Origin: Octopus sinensis | Lineage: Eukaryota | Direction: 5' to 3' | Assembly: GCF_006345805.1 (NCBI RefSeq) | Contig: NC_043005.1 | Coordinates: 33,542,001 to 33,606,000 of the forward strand | DNA length: 64,000 bases | Shown here: positions 1 to 11,595 of the stretch, one piece after another | How the letters are laid out: every line of letters starts with the position of its first letter | How positions within the stretch are numbered: position 1 is the first letter of the stretch | Made by a program: the position numbers and the translations under genes | Notes under the pieces: model-generated | What the model saw: only the letters and a program-made list of their open reading frames with translations | What the model was told of the DNA's origin: nothing | The model's database searches: none

Positions 1-1649
1 ACACATCAGTCTGATTGACTACAGATAGACACAATGTGGACCCATCTTTTTCTCCCATGACATGTCCTGGTCATCAACAACAATGGTGGACGAACTTATT
101 AAGCATTGCTAAAGCCCATTCTTTCTAGATCTGCTATATTTATTCAAATAACAGTAATATGAACCTCTTATTTAAGTCAGTAAATGCTAGCAACAGGAAA
201 GGCCTCTGATTGTAAAATAATGCCTCAGTATATACACATGTAACCCATGCCTGTATGGAAATATGGATGTAAAACAAATGAAAAATAGTACTATCTTTCT
301 AAATAATGTGTTCTATTTATCTTAAAGCATTTTCTGGATGGTAGGCTAAGGGCATAGTGTTTTGCCTTGTTAAAACCCTAAGTGTTTACTGGTATTTTCT
401 GCTGCTTTTACTGAGATTTCAGCTGATACTTTCATCCCAGTCTATTGGTTCTACAGATATTTCAAGTGTTTGAAAGTTGGCCCTAGCATCCTTTAAAAGA
501 TCATCATCTCTTCAAAAATAAAATGTCATCCAATTTGCAATGATCTAATTTAATAATCAGTCTAATCTCTAGTCCATTGTTGTATTGTGATAAAACTTGA
601 GTACCAAACTGTACAAAGCCCAAGTTGCAGTCCTTCTCTTGGACAAAAATTAGTGGCACAGAAAGACTTTCATACAGAGGCAATGGCCAATCTTCCTCAA
701 AAGTCTGCTCAACCTGCACATACATGTGTAGATGAAATGGTTAACTTTGACAGATGAATGAATATTGATGAATGGTCCGATTTGATTAAGAGACCCTATA
801 AAAAGGTTGAGATAGTTCTCATGTTTTCAAAAAAAATTTCTTGTTCCTTTAATTTACAAAACCTTATAAGTATGTATACCATGTTTCAAACTAGTTTCTA
901 ATCTGTCTTAATCTGGTTGTGTAAATTATGTATTACTCTACAAAACTAGTACCACTTTTAGAAATAGTTAAATCCTTAAAATTTCTATAGTTAAAACTTT
1001 CTCCCTTCTATTAAACACACACACAGAACATATCCCTTGTCCCAAACCTTCACCACCTATAACCTGCCAACCCTCCTTTCTCCTCCCAAATCATGATGCT
1101 TGAGTGGTAGTGGTGGTGAGATTGTCCTCCGGTTAACCTTTACCCATCTTCCCTGATTCTTCTGCCACTACACTCTCCTGGACATGTTTACTTGAACACA
1201 CACCCTAGCCCCTCATCATCATTTTATTTTTCCTTTATGTACCACTCTAAACCCTCCATGTATAACATGGGGTAGCACTGCTTCTATTCAACCCTCCCCA
1301 CTGGCTCTATCACTCACTCTCTCTCTAACTCCTGATACTACTTTCCTTTCCCCCACTTCCTTAACACTGTCTCTCTTTTCAGTCCTACTGTATGCTGCCT
1401 TGGGCAATTGTTTATTTCTTTAATTCTGAGCTGTCTAATATCTTATGAGTGAATTTCATAAACTGGAACTGTACGAAGCCTGTCATGTGTGCACAAATGT
1501 TTACATTCTATGTTCTTAATACAAATAAAGCATTGAGTTACAACTGGTAAAGTTTGTTGACATTTCCCTTGTCAATAAATTGTCAGCTGATTTGCATTTA
1601 CAAAGACATGTGGAATAAGAGGTCCTTTCCTTGAAAAATAAAAAAAAGT

Positions 1650-2030
1650 AAGGGTTAGTGACAGGAAAACCATCCAGCTGTAAAACAATGCCTCAATAAT
1701 ATGTCTTTTGTGGATTTGGTTAATAACCGTTTGTATCCTAGTGTATAAATTCACAACTCTGACTATCATAAGCGATGACTACATGGGTTGGCAACAGCAA
1801 CAGTTTCCATCACTACCCAACAACATGTCAATATGGAAAAGCAGGTATAAAACAGAAATGGAACTCAGTATGTCTTTCTCATCATCATCATCATCATTGT
1901 TTTAACATCCACTTTTTCATGCTTGCATGGGTTGGATGGAGTTTACTGAAGTAGATTTTCTTTAACCAGATGATCGTATGTCATTCCAAGCAAGGTAATA
2001 TTTCTCTATGGCCAGACGACACATTCACAT
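1650..2030. mobile_element. Two decayed SINE/LINE-tail fragments (family S4), tail-to-tail
   Basis: The + copy has aggaaaaccatccagctgtaaaa...atatggaaaa; the - copy starts with (atc)n ttgttttaacatccactttttcatgcttgcatggg. Same motifs as 42900-43180. Confidence 0.55.
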
Positions 2031-2052
2031 ATATACATGCATATATACACAT

Positions 2053-2213
2053 ATGACAGGCGTCTTACAGTTTCTGTCTATTAAGTCTGCTCACAAGATT
2101 TTGGTTAACCTGGGGACATAGTAAGAAGACTCTTGTCCAAGGTGCCTCAAATAAGACTGAACCTGAAACCATGTGGTTGAGAAGCAAACATCTTACCACA
2201 TAACCATGCCTGC
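2053..2213 (-). mobile_element. tRNA-derived SINE head (family S1)
   Basis: Reverse complement matches the head at 54296-54450 (ggctgtgtggtaag...accttgggcaag...ctgaaagaagcc). Confidence 0.75.
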
Positions 2214-5166
2214 ACCTATATCTTATGCTCTGATATTTTTGAAATACAACAATATATCCCAGGTGTTTTCTTAAAGAACAGTTTAAAAACAAATAAGTCA
2301 TATCAAACAGAAAAATCGAATTAAAGACAAAAGACAAATGGAAATTTCATTGTTATGTCAAAGTAACATGTTTTATTGTGTGGGCCAAGTATCATCTGTG
2401 GAGACAAAGAGGCTAAAGTTGAATTAACTCGAGCAAACAAGCTTGGTCATGCACACAAATACTCACACATGCATACATACACACACACAACCACCCACAC
2501 AAATAAATAAAACCAGACAAAACAAAATAAACATAGTCCAATATCTGAACAGCAACCATGATGAGGCTGTGAGACTTGTTGCAGAAATAGCCTGCTGGTT
2601 AGTTGAAACCACTGAAGAAGATTGTCACATCGGGACAGACCAAAGAGGAAAAAAAACCCAAGGTTGGAAATGTATAGAACATTTGTCCAAATTGTTTAAA
2701 ATGTATTCTCATTACTATTACTGTAATAGGTTGACTAATTATATATAGTCATATTATTATTGTTCTATTTATCCAATTAGTAGTAACTAAAATTAGATAG
2801 GGCTTACTAGTCATACAGTCTTATACAATCTATAATTAAAAGCCATAGCTCCTGCACAACTTTAGATTGGAAAAGGAGTCACAGTAAACCCAAATATTGG
2901 AGTCTGTCAGTGTTTATTACAGTAAGAAATATTGCCAATCTGGTGAATAAGAAAGCTAGAAAGTGGCCTGTGATTATGGTGTGGTGCTGGTGCCAAAACA
3001 CAAACCAACAGACCACAAATGAAGCCAGTCCTTAGTTATCTTGGATATAAGAACAGTAATTTCAAAGAATCGTAGCATGTTAGAGCTAGCTCTGACATAT
3101 TAAGCATGTTGTATGTGGTGTGTGTGTGTGTGTGTGTGGAATAAAAGTAGAAAAGCATAAATTTCACAGTTTATAATTTAATTACTTTCAATAGCTGTTT
3201 CATTAGAAATAAACATCATTAATTCCACACTTACATAATTAAGATGCAGAATCGATTAGTATATATTAAATCATTAATCTGAAGCTATGTTTATCCCAGC
3301 ATCAGCCTATCATTAGCATAGACCATATCTCTGATGATTTTGGATAAGCATTGCTTTAAATTAATTATGTATCTAAATTTCAAAATTATGGAGTTAATGA
3401 TGTTCATTCCTAATGAAACAGCTGTTGAAAGTAATTAAATCCCAAACTATCTGTTAAATTTATGCTTTCCTGCTTTTTATTCTAAATATATATAGCTCAT
3501 AATGATCATTTTAGCCATTTATAATATAAGCTTTTTCCACTGGATTTACTGCAATGTTATGTGTCGGAACATAACAATCTAATTATTGAGTTTGATATAG
3601 TCATTCATGTTTTATACATAATTTCTTTTTATATCAATAGTTATGTATGTGTGCACGTGTGTGTGTGTGCATGTAATCATAAGAGGTTACAAAGCTGTTG
3701 GGCATTTGAAGATGGCCTAACTGATCCACTCTGCTCCTTCCCTCACCATATGCTGCTAAACTCTCACTCATTGTCCCCAACTATTTGTTGCTAGCATATG
3801 ACAATGTCCACACACACTGGGCAAGGACCAATATAAGTGAGAGCAGCATACTAGTGCTTGGAGCAGCCTGTTGATCAGGAATCTGTAAGAAGATCCCCTC
3901 TATATTCTAATATTGCTGCCATGGCTGAAAGAACAGGAGATCTTACTGTTTTACTATTAAAATATAAATCAGAAAGTACCCAAAGAATTCTACATTAATG
4001 TAGGAAATGATTTCCTAAATTGATGATGATAATGTTGATGATGATGATGATGTAGGGATTCACTTTAATGAAGATGAAGATGATACTAGTTGTTTGATAA
4101 ATCATGAAAGATGTATTTCAATAACGAAAGGTTTGGGAGAAAAGTAGGGCCTTTCTAATTTATGGAGTAACCCTTTATTTTTAAATGGGAGGAGTAGATT
4201 TACGAAAGTAAAGGGCATTTAGGAATTTTATTTGGATATTTAAAACAACAATAAAAAAGGTAAATGAAAATAAATACAAATGATAATTTGAAAAATTATA
4301 TTGTGTATTTGAAGATTTGATGGCGGACGGCTAACAAATTCTCAATATTTTATAAGAATAGTAAAGAAAATTTGAAAACAGTTTAGTCCAAAGTAAAAAT
4401 TGGATTGGGGGAATATGCCTGGAAAGGCAAAAATTTTTGAGAGAGCAGGGAGAGAGATTAGTCATAGCGAGACAACTCATCAGACCACAGCTAAAAGAAT
4501 CTGGGAGAAGTGTCTGTGCTAGTTGAAAGAAGACACAGACCCTGCATACGTACATGCGCAGATATGCATAGACACACACACACACAACTCTGACAGAGAG
4601 AAGAAACAGAGGTGGAAGTCATTTAGTTCTCAGAATTATGTTGTCGTAAGACATTAATTTGCTAATAAATAATTTGGACAATGCAAAACTGGAAACAAAT
4701 TTGTGCAGAGACAGAAAGAATTTATGGGAGGGGAGCAGAGAAAGAGGATAGAGGAGAGGGAGAAAAAATGCACCAATGAGGGGAAGTGCACTTTGGTGTT
4801 GACAACTGACACAGTCCCCCTTTATTTTAAGCCCAACTATGTCACACACTGACCTTTTAAATAAAGTACCAATTACCATTTCACTTGAAGAAAAAGCAGA
4901 GATACAATTTGGCTTCAGGTTCAGAAAGAAACAATCTAAAATGTAATATTCTTCCAATATGAAAAAACATCATCTTTTGACTAAAGTTCCTTTATACACA
5001 GATATTTTGTTCCATTTGTGTATTTAATTTGCAGAAAAAATTAAATACTATTCTTAACTCAGTTTTGAAGCTAAAAATAGCAACATGTGATGAAACATAG
5101 TAATTGGAGTGGGGGTGGGGTGTTTGGGGAGAGTTTATCATTCTATTGACTAGATAGAAAGAACAC

Positions 5167-6084
5167 TCAGTCAGTTTTCACATTCTGATTTCTGAAATCG
5201 TTTTCATACTCGACAAAGTCATCAAAGAGACTTGGCCAAGCTTCTGTGTCGTCATATGCAGATAGGTCATCCCCAACTTGTTCAGTGAAATTTAAAAACA
5301 TGTCCCAGGTGTCTTTTGGAATGCCTCTGATGTCAGGATGCTTGGCAAGGAAATCTAGCCAATGTTTAAGGATTGGAGGTTCTGTCCGAGTGAATATAAG
5401 TTTCCAAAGAATTATAGCCATATCTATTGGCAAAGTCCTTTGCCCAGATTCTAGCCCAAATTTGTACGTCCATCGATAGAAATCTCGAAAATTCTGCTTG
5501 TTTTGAACTTCTAAGAGAAGGTCATTAAATTTAGAGCGAATCCCTTTGACAGAATCAACTTTGAGACATTTACAACCTTGAACAAACTCCTCTCTTGTAA
5601 AGCAGCACATTGTTGCAGCCTGGAATTTCCAGGCTAAAATCAATACAATAAATTCTTCAGGTTTTACATCCAGGTCCTTACAAAATGTTTCAATTCCTTC
5701 GGCAAGAATCATATCATGGCTAATATCACGGTAAGCTTCAAACAAGTTATGAATATCCTGCTCAGAGTAATCTCGGCAGAGCAACGACAAACGTTTGCTG
5801 TCTCCATTGGCTTGTTTTTTAATGGGTGGGATTTTGGAGTAGGTGGGAAACATTTTCTTGCCCGACGCTTCAGCTGAAGAAGGATTTGATGCTTTGCTCG
5901 AGCTGCTAAGCTGAGATTTGTAGTTAGCGCTTGAGGTTTGTGAACGTTTAGCTTCCTTCGCTTGACTGATTTCTTGGCTTTTAGTGTTGTCACCCCCACC
6001 AACAGCAAGTCCACTAAGGTTGTCATCACAGGAAGAATTAGAACTGGAGTTAACTGGCTCACAACAAGACAAGCACTTCCCCAT
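5167..6084 (-). CDS. DCUN1D3: DCN1-like protein 3 (cullin neddylation co-E3, PONY domain); CDS in a single exon
   Basis: Intact 305-aa ORF. N-terminus MGKCLSCC (Gly2 plus Cys cluster, DCNL3-type membrane anchor, no UBA domain), a Ser-rich linker, then a PONY domain: ILAEGIETFCKDL.V.PEEF.VLILAWKF.A.TMC.FTREEF, QRTLP, RGIPKDTWDMFLNF, YDDTEAWPSLFDDFVE. Confidence 0.95.
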   Translation of the reverse strand: MGKCLSCCEPVNSSSNSSCDDNLSGLAVGGGDNTKSQEISQAKEAKRSQTSSANYKSQLSSSSKASNPSSAEASGKKMFPTYSKIPPIKKQANGDSKRLSLLCRDYSEQDIHNLFEAYRDISHDMILAEGIETFCKDLDVKPEEFIVLILAWKFQAATMCCFTREEFVQGCKCLKVDSVKGIRSKFNDLLLEVQNKQNFRDFYRWTYKFGLESGQRTLPIDMAIILWKLIFTRTEPPILKHWLDFLAKHPDIRGIPKDTWDMFLNFTEQVGDDLSAYDDTEAWPSLFDDFVEYENDFRNQNVKTD

Positions 6085-6128
6085 TAGAATAGGCTCAAAC
6101 TAAACAGTTCTTAGTAGGGGTTTCAAAC

Positions 6129-6160
6129 CTATAAAATAAAAATAAAATGAAAATAATTAG
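6129..6160 (-). other. 3' splice acceptor of the DCUN1D3 coding exon (exon starts at 6128; 44 nt of 5' UTR)
   Basis: Minus strand reads ctaattattttcattttatttttattttatag|gtttg: branch-like CTAAT, T-rich tract, TAG. Confidence 0.7.
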
Positions 6161-6282
6161 AACAAAGATATTAAAGTTTCATTAACATTTTTATACATGT
6201 ACATTATCAGGAACTAAAATAGGTTTTAAAAATATTTAGATTAAATAGTTTCTGTTCACAAGACATATCTTAGGCCTCTCTG

Positions 6283-6316
<34 letters not shown>

Positions 6317-6916
6317 CTTACATAAATTGGTTTATGTCCCAGGTACTTCATGTTCCTAGCAACTGAAGTTCCTCTGATGTAATTATGATCAAGATAGTTG
6401 TGGCTTTAGTGATATTAATGAAAATGACTATGATGATGATATGAAACTAAGTTTGTATATAACCAAAGATTATTAGTAATATAATTGGTGTGATATTTTC
6501 TGACATGACAACCAGGAATTACTATTTCCAAAGAAAAGCACAGTTTCCATTGAGCATTACCATTTCTTTATAACACCCAGTTTAACATTTTCTATGGTTT
6601 AGATTGTACCAAATTATCTTAAACCTCATGTACTCATGTATTCAACCAAAATCACAGAATTGCATGAAGGATAATCTCCATAATATTGAGTCAAATATTT
6701 GTGTCTCAAACTCTAGCTTAATAAAATTATTTTACTAAACTTTCAAAATAATTAAGTAATTAATATTTAATCAAATCAATGATTTTACAGCAGTGACAAA
6801 GGTAGAATTTTACCCTCACTCTCCAAAACACAACATAAAACTTATAAAGTCCTGCCCAGCTACAGTAATGGACAGAAGGAAGTTTTCTACACTTTGAAAC
6901 AGAGTCACAAAAGGGT

Positions 6917-7128
6917 TTAAACCTTTTATTATTGTATTTTTGTGGAAATATATTGCCTTTATTTCAATTAATTTTTAAAATGAAGAATTTATTAAAATAA
7001 TTGTCATTATTAAACTGGAACAAATAATGAAAATTTGAAAGTTTTTAATTCAGGTCATTTTAAAGTATTAATTTGTATCATAGACCCAGGGTTAGTGAAC
7101 ATGGACAGGTTGGTATTAAAAGGGTTAG
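6917..7128 (+). mobile_element. TTAA-type (piggyBac-like) MITE, family B
   Basis: TTAA-accttt...aaaaggg-TTAG ends; interior similar to 27930-28133. Confidence 0.65.
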
Positions 7129-7489
7129 TATTTCCATTCTCCTACAGCATCATCAAAGTTGTTGTTTATGATAAAAGAATCCTCAAAATATCTGGCTTTC
7201 TCACATTTAAATATAATAGTCACTCAATTGTTTAACCATTTGAAAAAAATGCCACAATCCAGTACACTGAAAATATCAACAAGTCATTTTACTCCTTCAT
7301 AACAACTACAGTTATGGTAATATGTCAGGGATTATTTTTGATTAGTAAATAAAAAATTACTAAAATAGTGGAGGTTTGTAATGGTTATTGTTGGAAATTA
7401 TGTGAGTGGCTTGTTGGCAGTCAGTTTTTGTTTGAATTATTCTTGTTTGGGAGTGAAACCTGAGGAAACAGAAATGACCAACTGAACAA

Positions 7490-7875
7490 ATAATAATAAT
7501 AATAATAATAATAAAAATGCCAATACACACAGATAGAGAAATTAAGGCCAATAGGCTCGATATAGTTGTCGGAGATCATGAAGAAAAAAAATGCTTTCTA
7601 ATTGAAGTATCAATACCAGCAGATGACAATGTTTCTCTAAAAGAAATGGAGAAACTTTCAAAATACAAAGACCTGGAAGTAAAGGTAACTCAAACGTAGA
7701 ATCCAAAAACAGAAACAATTCCTATCATAGTAGGCGCATTAGGCATGATAAAAAAATATTCATACAAATACATAATAAAAATACCAGGACTTACAAATAT
7801 ATATAACATACAGAAAATTGCACTACTTGTCACTGCACATATCCTATGCAAAACACTTTCAATACAGTAACCATA
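7490..7875 (+). mobile_element. 3' fragment of an R4/Dong-type non-LTR retrotransposon (restriction-like endonuclease), preceded by (AAT)n
   Basis: Translation IHTDREIKANRLDIVV...CFLIEVSIP.D.NV..KEMEKLSKYKDL...TIPIIVGALG...IQKIALL.TAHIL, with one in-frame stop. Confidence 0.85.
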
Positions 7876-7884
7876 AGAGCATCA

Positions 7885-9245
7885 AACCAAACCACTATCT
7901 GGTTCACACCCCCTTACTCCCCCGAAGTGAACTTTAATGTAGGTAAATATTTCTTAGCACTTACAGATAGATATTTTCCAATCTATCATAGATACAGAAA
8001 TCTCTTCAATAGACATAACTTAAAAATCAGTTTTAGCTCAACTACTAATTTTTAAAATATTATCGCACACAACACACAAAATAAAACCAGCTATTCATGC
8101 AGGGACAAAAAATTTGTGCCCACTAAATGGAGCTTGCATGTTCGAGACCATCATTTATGAAGCCACCGTAGACTCTACAACCACTAAGGACATAGTTTCG
8201 TCAAAGAAATATGTGGGTCTCACAGAAGGTTATTTTAAAGCCAGGTTCAACAATCACACCTCGAACTTCAGACACTGGGATAAAAGAAAAACCAAATTAT
8301 CCAGTCATATATGGTCCTTAAAAGAAAAAGGTGTCAACTACAACATCCATTGGAAGATCTTAGCCAAGTGTAAGCCTTACACCAACGGCAGTGGAAAATG
8401 TGGTCTTTGTGATATGGAAAGATGGCTTATCTGGAAAGGCAGCTTAGACCCCGCTACATGTCTAAATTCAAGAACTAAACTTTTTGGATCATGTCCACAT
8501 ATGGCTAAATATTTGTTACATTTTTGGTCCCCCCACAAGATCACAGATAGAACCTGCTTTTTATATTGCATTTTATCTCTCTCTATATTTTTATATACAT
8601 TTTTTACATATTTTTTTCTGTATATTACCTTTCAGCCTGCATTTTTCTTGTGCATGTGCGTGCGGGTATGTATGTGTACCTGTGTATGGTTGCATATACA
8701 TGTGGTTGTACATGCATGTGTTTCACGCGAGTGTGAGTAAGCATATGCATATGTAGCATGTGCATATTTAGATGTGGGTATGAATTGTGCACATATGGGT
8801 ATGTGTACATGTGTGTGCATATATGTATATGTGTATGGCTGCATATATATGTACACATATATGCGTGTGTGTAGGTGTGCATGTATGTTTCACATGAGTG
8901 AGAGTGAGCATATGCATATAGGCACATGTACGTGGGTGTGCATGCACACGTGTATGTACATGCATGCATTCTATGAGGAGTTTACTTTTTTACTTTTACC
9001 TCTTTGGATTTTTTCCTTTTGTTTAACAGTCATTCTAATAGCTCCTTTGTTTGTCTTAATAATGCCTATTTATATAGTAATTTCCCTTTGTTTAACGGTC
9101 ATTTTCATAGCATTTTTTGATTGCTTTGATAACTGACGAGATGCCGGAGCAGATTTCCGCCCCAACATACAAAACTCTGAGTTTTATTATGGAATCGTAC
9201 AATTGTCACATATTATATTACAGATAAATTCCTCTATTTACATAA
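7885..9245 (+). mobile_element. 3' part of a Penelope-like element (Neptune-type GIY-YIG endonuclease) and its untranslated terminal region
   Basis: IWFTPPYS...VGKYFL.L.D..FP..H.Y..LFNR..LKISFS; CPLNGAC...IIYEAT...YVGLTE..FK.RF.NH...LS.HIW.LK...W.IL...C.LC..E...LNSR..L...CPH; followed by an alternating purine/pyrimidine tract (8650-8970) and a hammerhead motif. Confidence 0.9.
9127..9189 (+). ncRNA. Type I hammerhead ribozyme motif of the Penelope-like element (one core mutation)
   Basis: tgataa-CTGACGA-gatg...catac-aAAA-ctc-t-gag-TT-ttatta: 6-bp stem I, CUGANGA box, stem II, GAAA box present as AAAA, palindromic short stem III, UH site. Confidence 0.7.
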
Positions 9246-9247
9246 TA

Positions 9248-9640
9248 GTGCAAATAGATGAGGACAGCTATGTGAAAAAGTGTCACACTCTAGCAGTTGA
9301 GGGAATCTGTGGAAGAGGTAGACCCAGGAAGACCTGGGATGAGGTGGTGAAGAACGACCTTTGAACATTGAGCCTCACAGAGGCAATGACTAGTGACCAT
9401 GACCTTTGGAAATATGCTGTGCTTGAGAAGACCTGGCAAGCCAAGTGAGACCATAACCCGTGGCCTATGCCAGCAGTGTAACCAGCCTACTTATGCGTTG
9501 CTTGCGAAGACCTGTTGGGGCTGTGAAATCACCATCAAAATCAAATTCACTGACGTGGCCAATGAGCACCGCCTGACTGGCACCTGTGCCAGTGGAGCGT
9601 TAAAAGCACATTCCGAGCGTGATCGTTGCCAGGGCCGCTG
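9248..9640 (+). mobile_element. RTE-clade LINE 3' end
   Basis: DEDSYVKKCHTLAVEGICGRGRPRKTWDEVVKNDL*TLSLTEAMTSDHDLWKYAVLEK, then 3' UTR. Confidence 0.85.
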
Positions 9641-9851
9641 ACTAGAAATAATCATAAATAAAAAGAAAACTAAATGAAATTAAATATAAAACTAAGATAT
9701 ACTCACTTGAATCACATTATAAATATCTGAAGTAATGTGATACAATATTTTAAAATAATTTTCAAAATAAATGAGTATCATCTTGACACTTGCTAATCTT
9801 AAATTTAATCTTCAAGAAACAAAGATTTAATGTGTGTTTGTGTATATGTGA

Positions 9852-9882
<31 letters not shown>

Positions 9883-10530
9883 CACACACACAAACTTAGA
9901 AGTGTGGGTTGGTATTTTAGAGAAATAAAGTAACTTTCAAATGTGGGATAGCTGTGAGCTACCTGCTGGCAACTTTTTACTGACTTCTAGGGGTATTTAT
10001 CCAATTTTCTAGACTGTTTTCACAGTTATTCTGTTTTTGAAATTTACTTCATTTTCAGTAATATATATCTATTTATATATTTGTGTGTGTCATTGTTTTA
10101 ACATCTACTTTTTAAAGCCTTAAATGAGTCAGGTGAAAGTTTGTTGGGGCAGAACATTTTAAAGCAGGACTCTCTTCTTGACACCAAAACCCAGACATGT
10201 TTTTTTTAAGTGGAAAATTGGAAACAAACAACACTGAATGAACGAGCCATTTTAATGCTCAATTAAACCAAAATGTCTTTTAAGTTATATGTACAGCAAT
10301 GTAAATTTGTATTGTATAATGACATTTGATTTACATAAATTAATCATAATCTAAAATCTTATCAGCATGTTTTAAATTCTGAGTGTGGTGGGGAGGCTTT
10401 TGAATCCCCGCCCCATTTAAGCATTCTTACAAAAGACAAGGTAGAACAGTTTCTCTGAATGAAGTATGAACCAGAACTATAATTCCTATCACATAATGGA
10501 TTCACCTTACTAGGAGCCTACATCTGCTTG

Positions 10531-10918
10531 ATGTACTTCAAATAGTACTCTAGTCTATATCATCTGTACTTTAACCCTTTAGCTTTCAGATTACTTTGTC
10601 AAACGTTATACTTATATATGCACATTTTATAAAATTAATCCTATGTTATCTCATAGCTTTGAGATTTATTTGTAGCCTGACATTGTAGGGTAGGTGTGAG
10701 AGGCTGGATCTTGCCAGTTTGAACATAAAACAGAGAGAATATTTGTGCCAGATATGGCTGGTTTAAATGTTAAAGGGTTAACATTATACCACTATACTTT
10801 AAATAATATTCTAGCCTTTCCTCTCTGTACTTCAAGTCATACTCTAGTCCATACTGTACTTACTTCAAATAGTACTCTAGTCTATACTGTATGTACTTAA
10901 AATAGTACTCTAGTCTAC
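10531..10918. repeat. Minisatellite of ~33 bp unit (tgtacttcaaatagtactctagtctata), interrupted by a MITE
   Basis: One unit at 10531-10570 and about four at 10790-10918. Confidence 0.8.
10571..10781 (+). mobile_element. TTAA-type (piggyBac-like) MITE, family A
   Basis: TTAA|CCCTTTAGC...GTTAAAGGG|TTAA: perfect TTAA duplication and CCC/GGG termini. Confidence 0.85.
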
Positions 10919-11435
10919 AACCACAAACACAATTTTCTGTGAACCATATTACTTCAGTTCATGGAGTTCTTCTTAAATAATTCCTTGGCGTGTTTTGTGA
11001 ATTCTGAAATCTTATTCAATGTTATGATGAAATTCAATATTGTTTACTCTTTTAGTTGTTAGTCCCCATAGTTTGACTATTGTGTCATAGCTATAAATAC
11101 TATAGTTGTACTGTGGAGGAGAAAGAGGAACATTAATGTAGCCATGTTAACTCGTATTTACAGTAGTTGAAATAAAGCCCTTCTCAACCATTCTTTCCAC
11201 CATCACTGCTTCTGTGTGAAAATGAGACAGCAGTGAAAACAGTAGTTAAATGCCAAATGTTCTTGAAAAATGTTTTTTTTTAACATTTCATGTCTATTTA
11301 ACCACATCACTATTTGTTCCTTGGCCTTTATAGCTAGAAAATGGGAAACAATTGATGATGGGTTGCTGTAAGGCAAGGCAAATAGACTCTGAAATTAACA
11401 AAAAGACGAAAAAAAATGTTGCTATCATAGACATA

Positions 11436-11595
11436 GGCATGGCTGTGTAGTAAGAAATTTCTTTCCCAACAACATGGTTCCAGGTCCACTCCCAATGCAT
11501 GGTACTTTTAGCAAGTGTCTTCTATAGTCTCGAGCCAACTAAGGTCTTCTGAGTGGATTTGGTAGGCAGAAACTGAAAGAAGCCTGTCATATATT
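11436..11595 (+). mobile_element. tRNA-derived SINE head (family S1), ending where its internal microsatellite starts
   Basis: ggcatggctgtgtagtaag...gagtggatttggtaggcagaaactgaaagaagcctgtcatat. Confidence 0.85.

Noticed and set aside
4619-4957. 112-aa ORF just downstream of DCUN1D3
   Set aside because: Low-complexity Leu/Phe/Ser translation of a pyrimidine-rich probable 3' UTR; non-ATG start.
5246-6062. ORFs overlapping DCUN1D3 (5246-5479 +, 5709-6062 -)
   Set aside because: Shadow frames of the real CDS with no recognisable motif.
8484-9136. Several overlapping His/Thr/Cys/Val-rich ORFs
   Set aside because: Translations of an alternating (CA/TG/TA) tract; not protein-coding.
9701-9731. Possible 20-nt micro-exon (ttcag|...caa|gtgagt on the minus strand)
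   Set aside because: Weak pyrimidine tract; such motif pairs arise by chance without RNA evidence.
10531-10918. CRISPR-like appearance of repeated ~30-bp units
   Set aside because: Units are contiguous without unique spacers, the context is eukaryotic and there are no cas genes.
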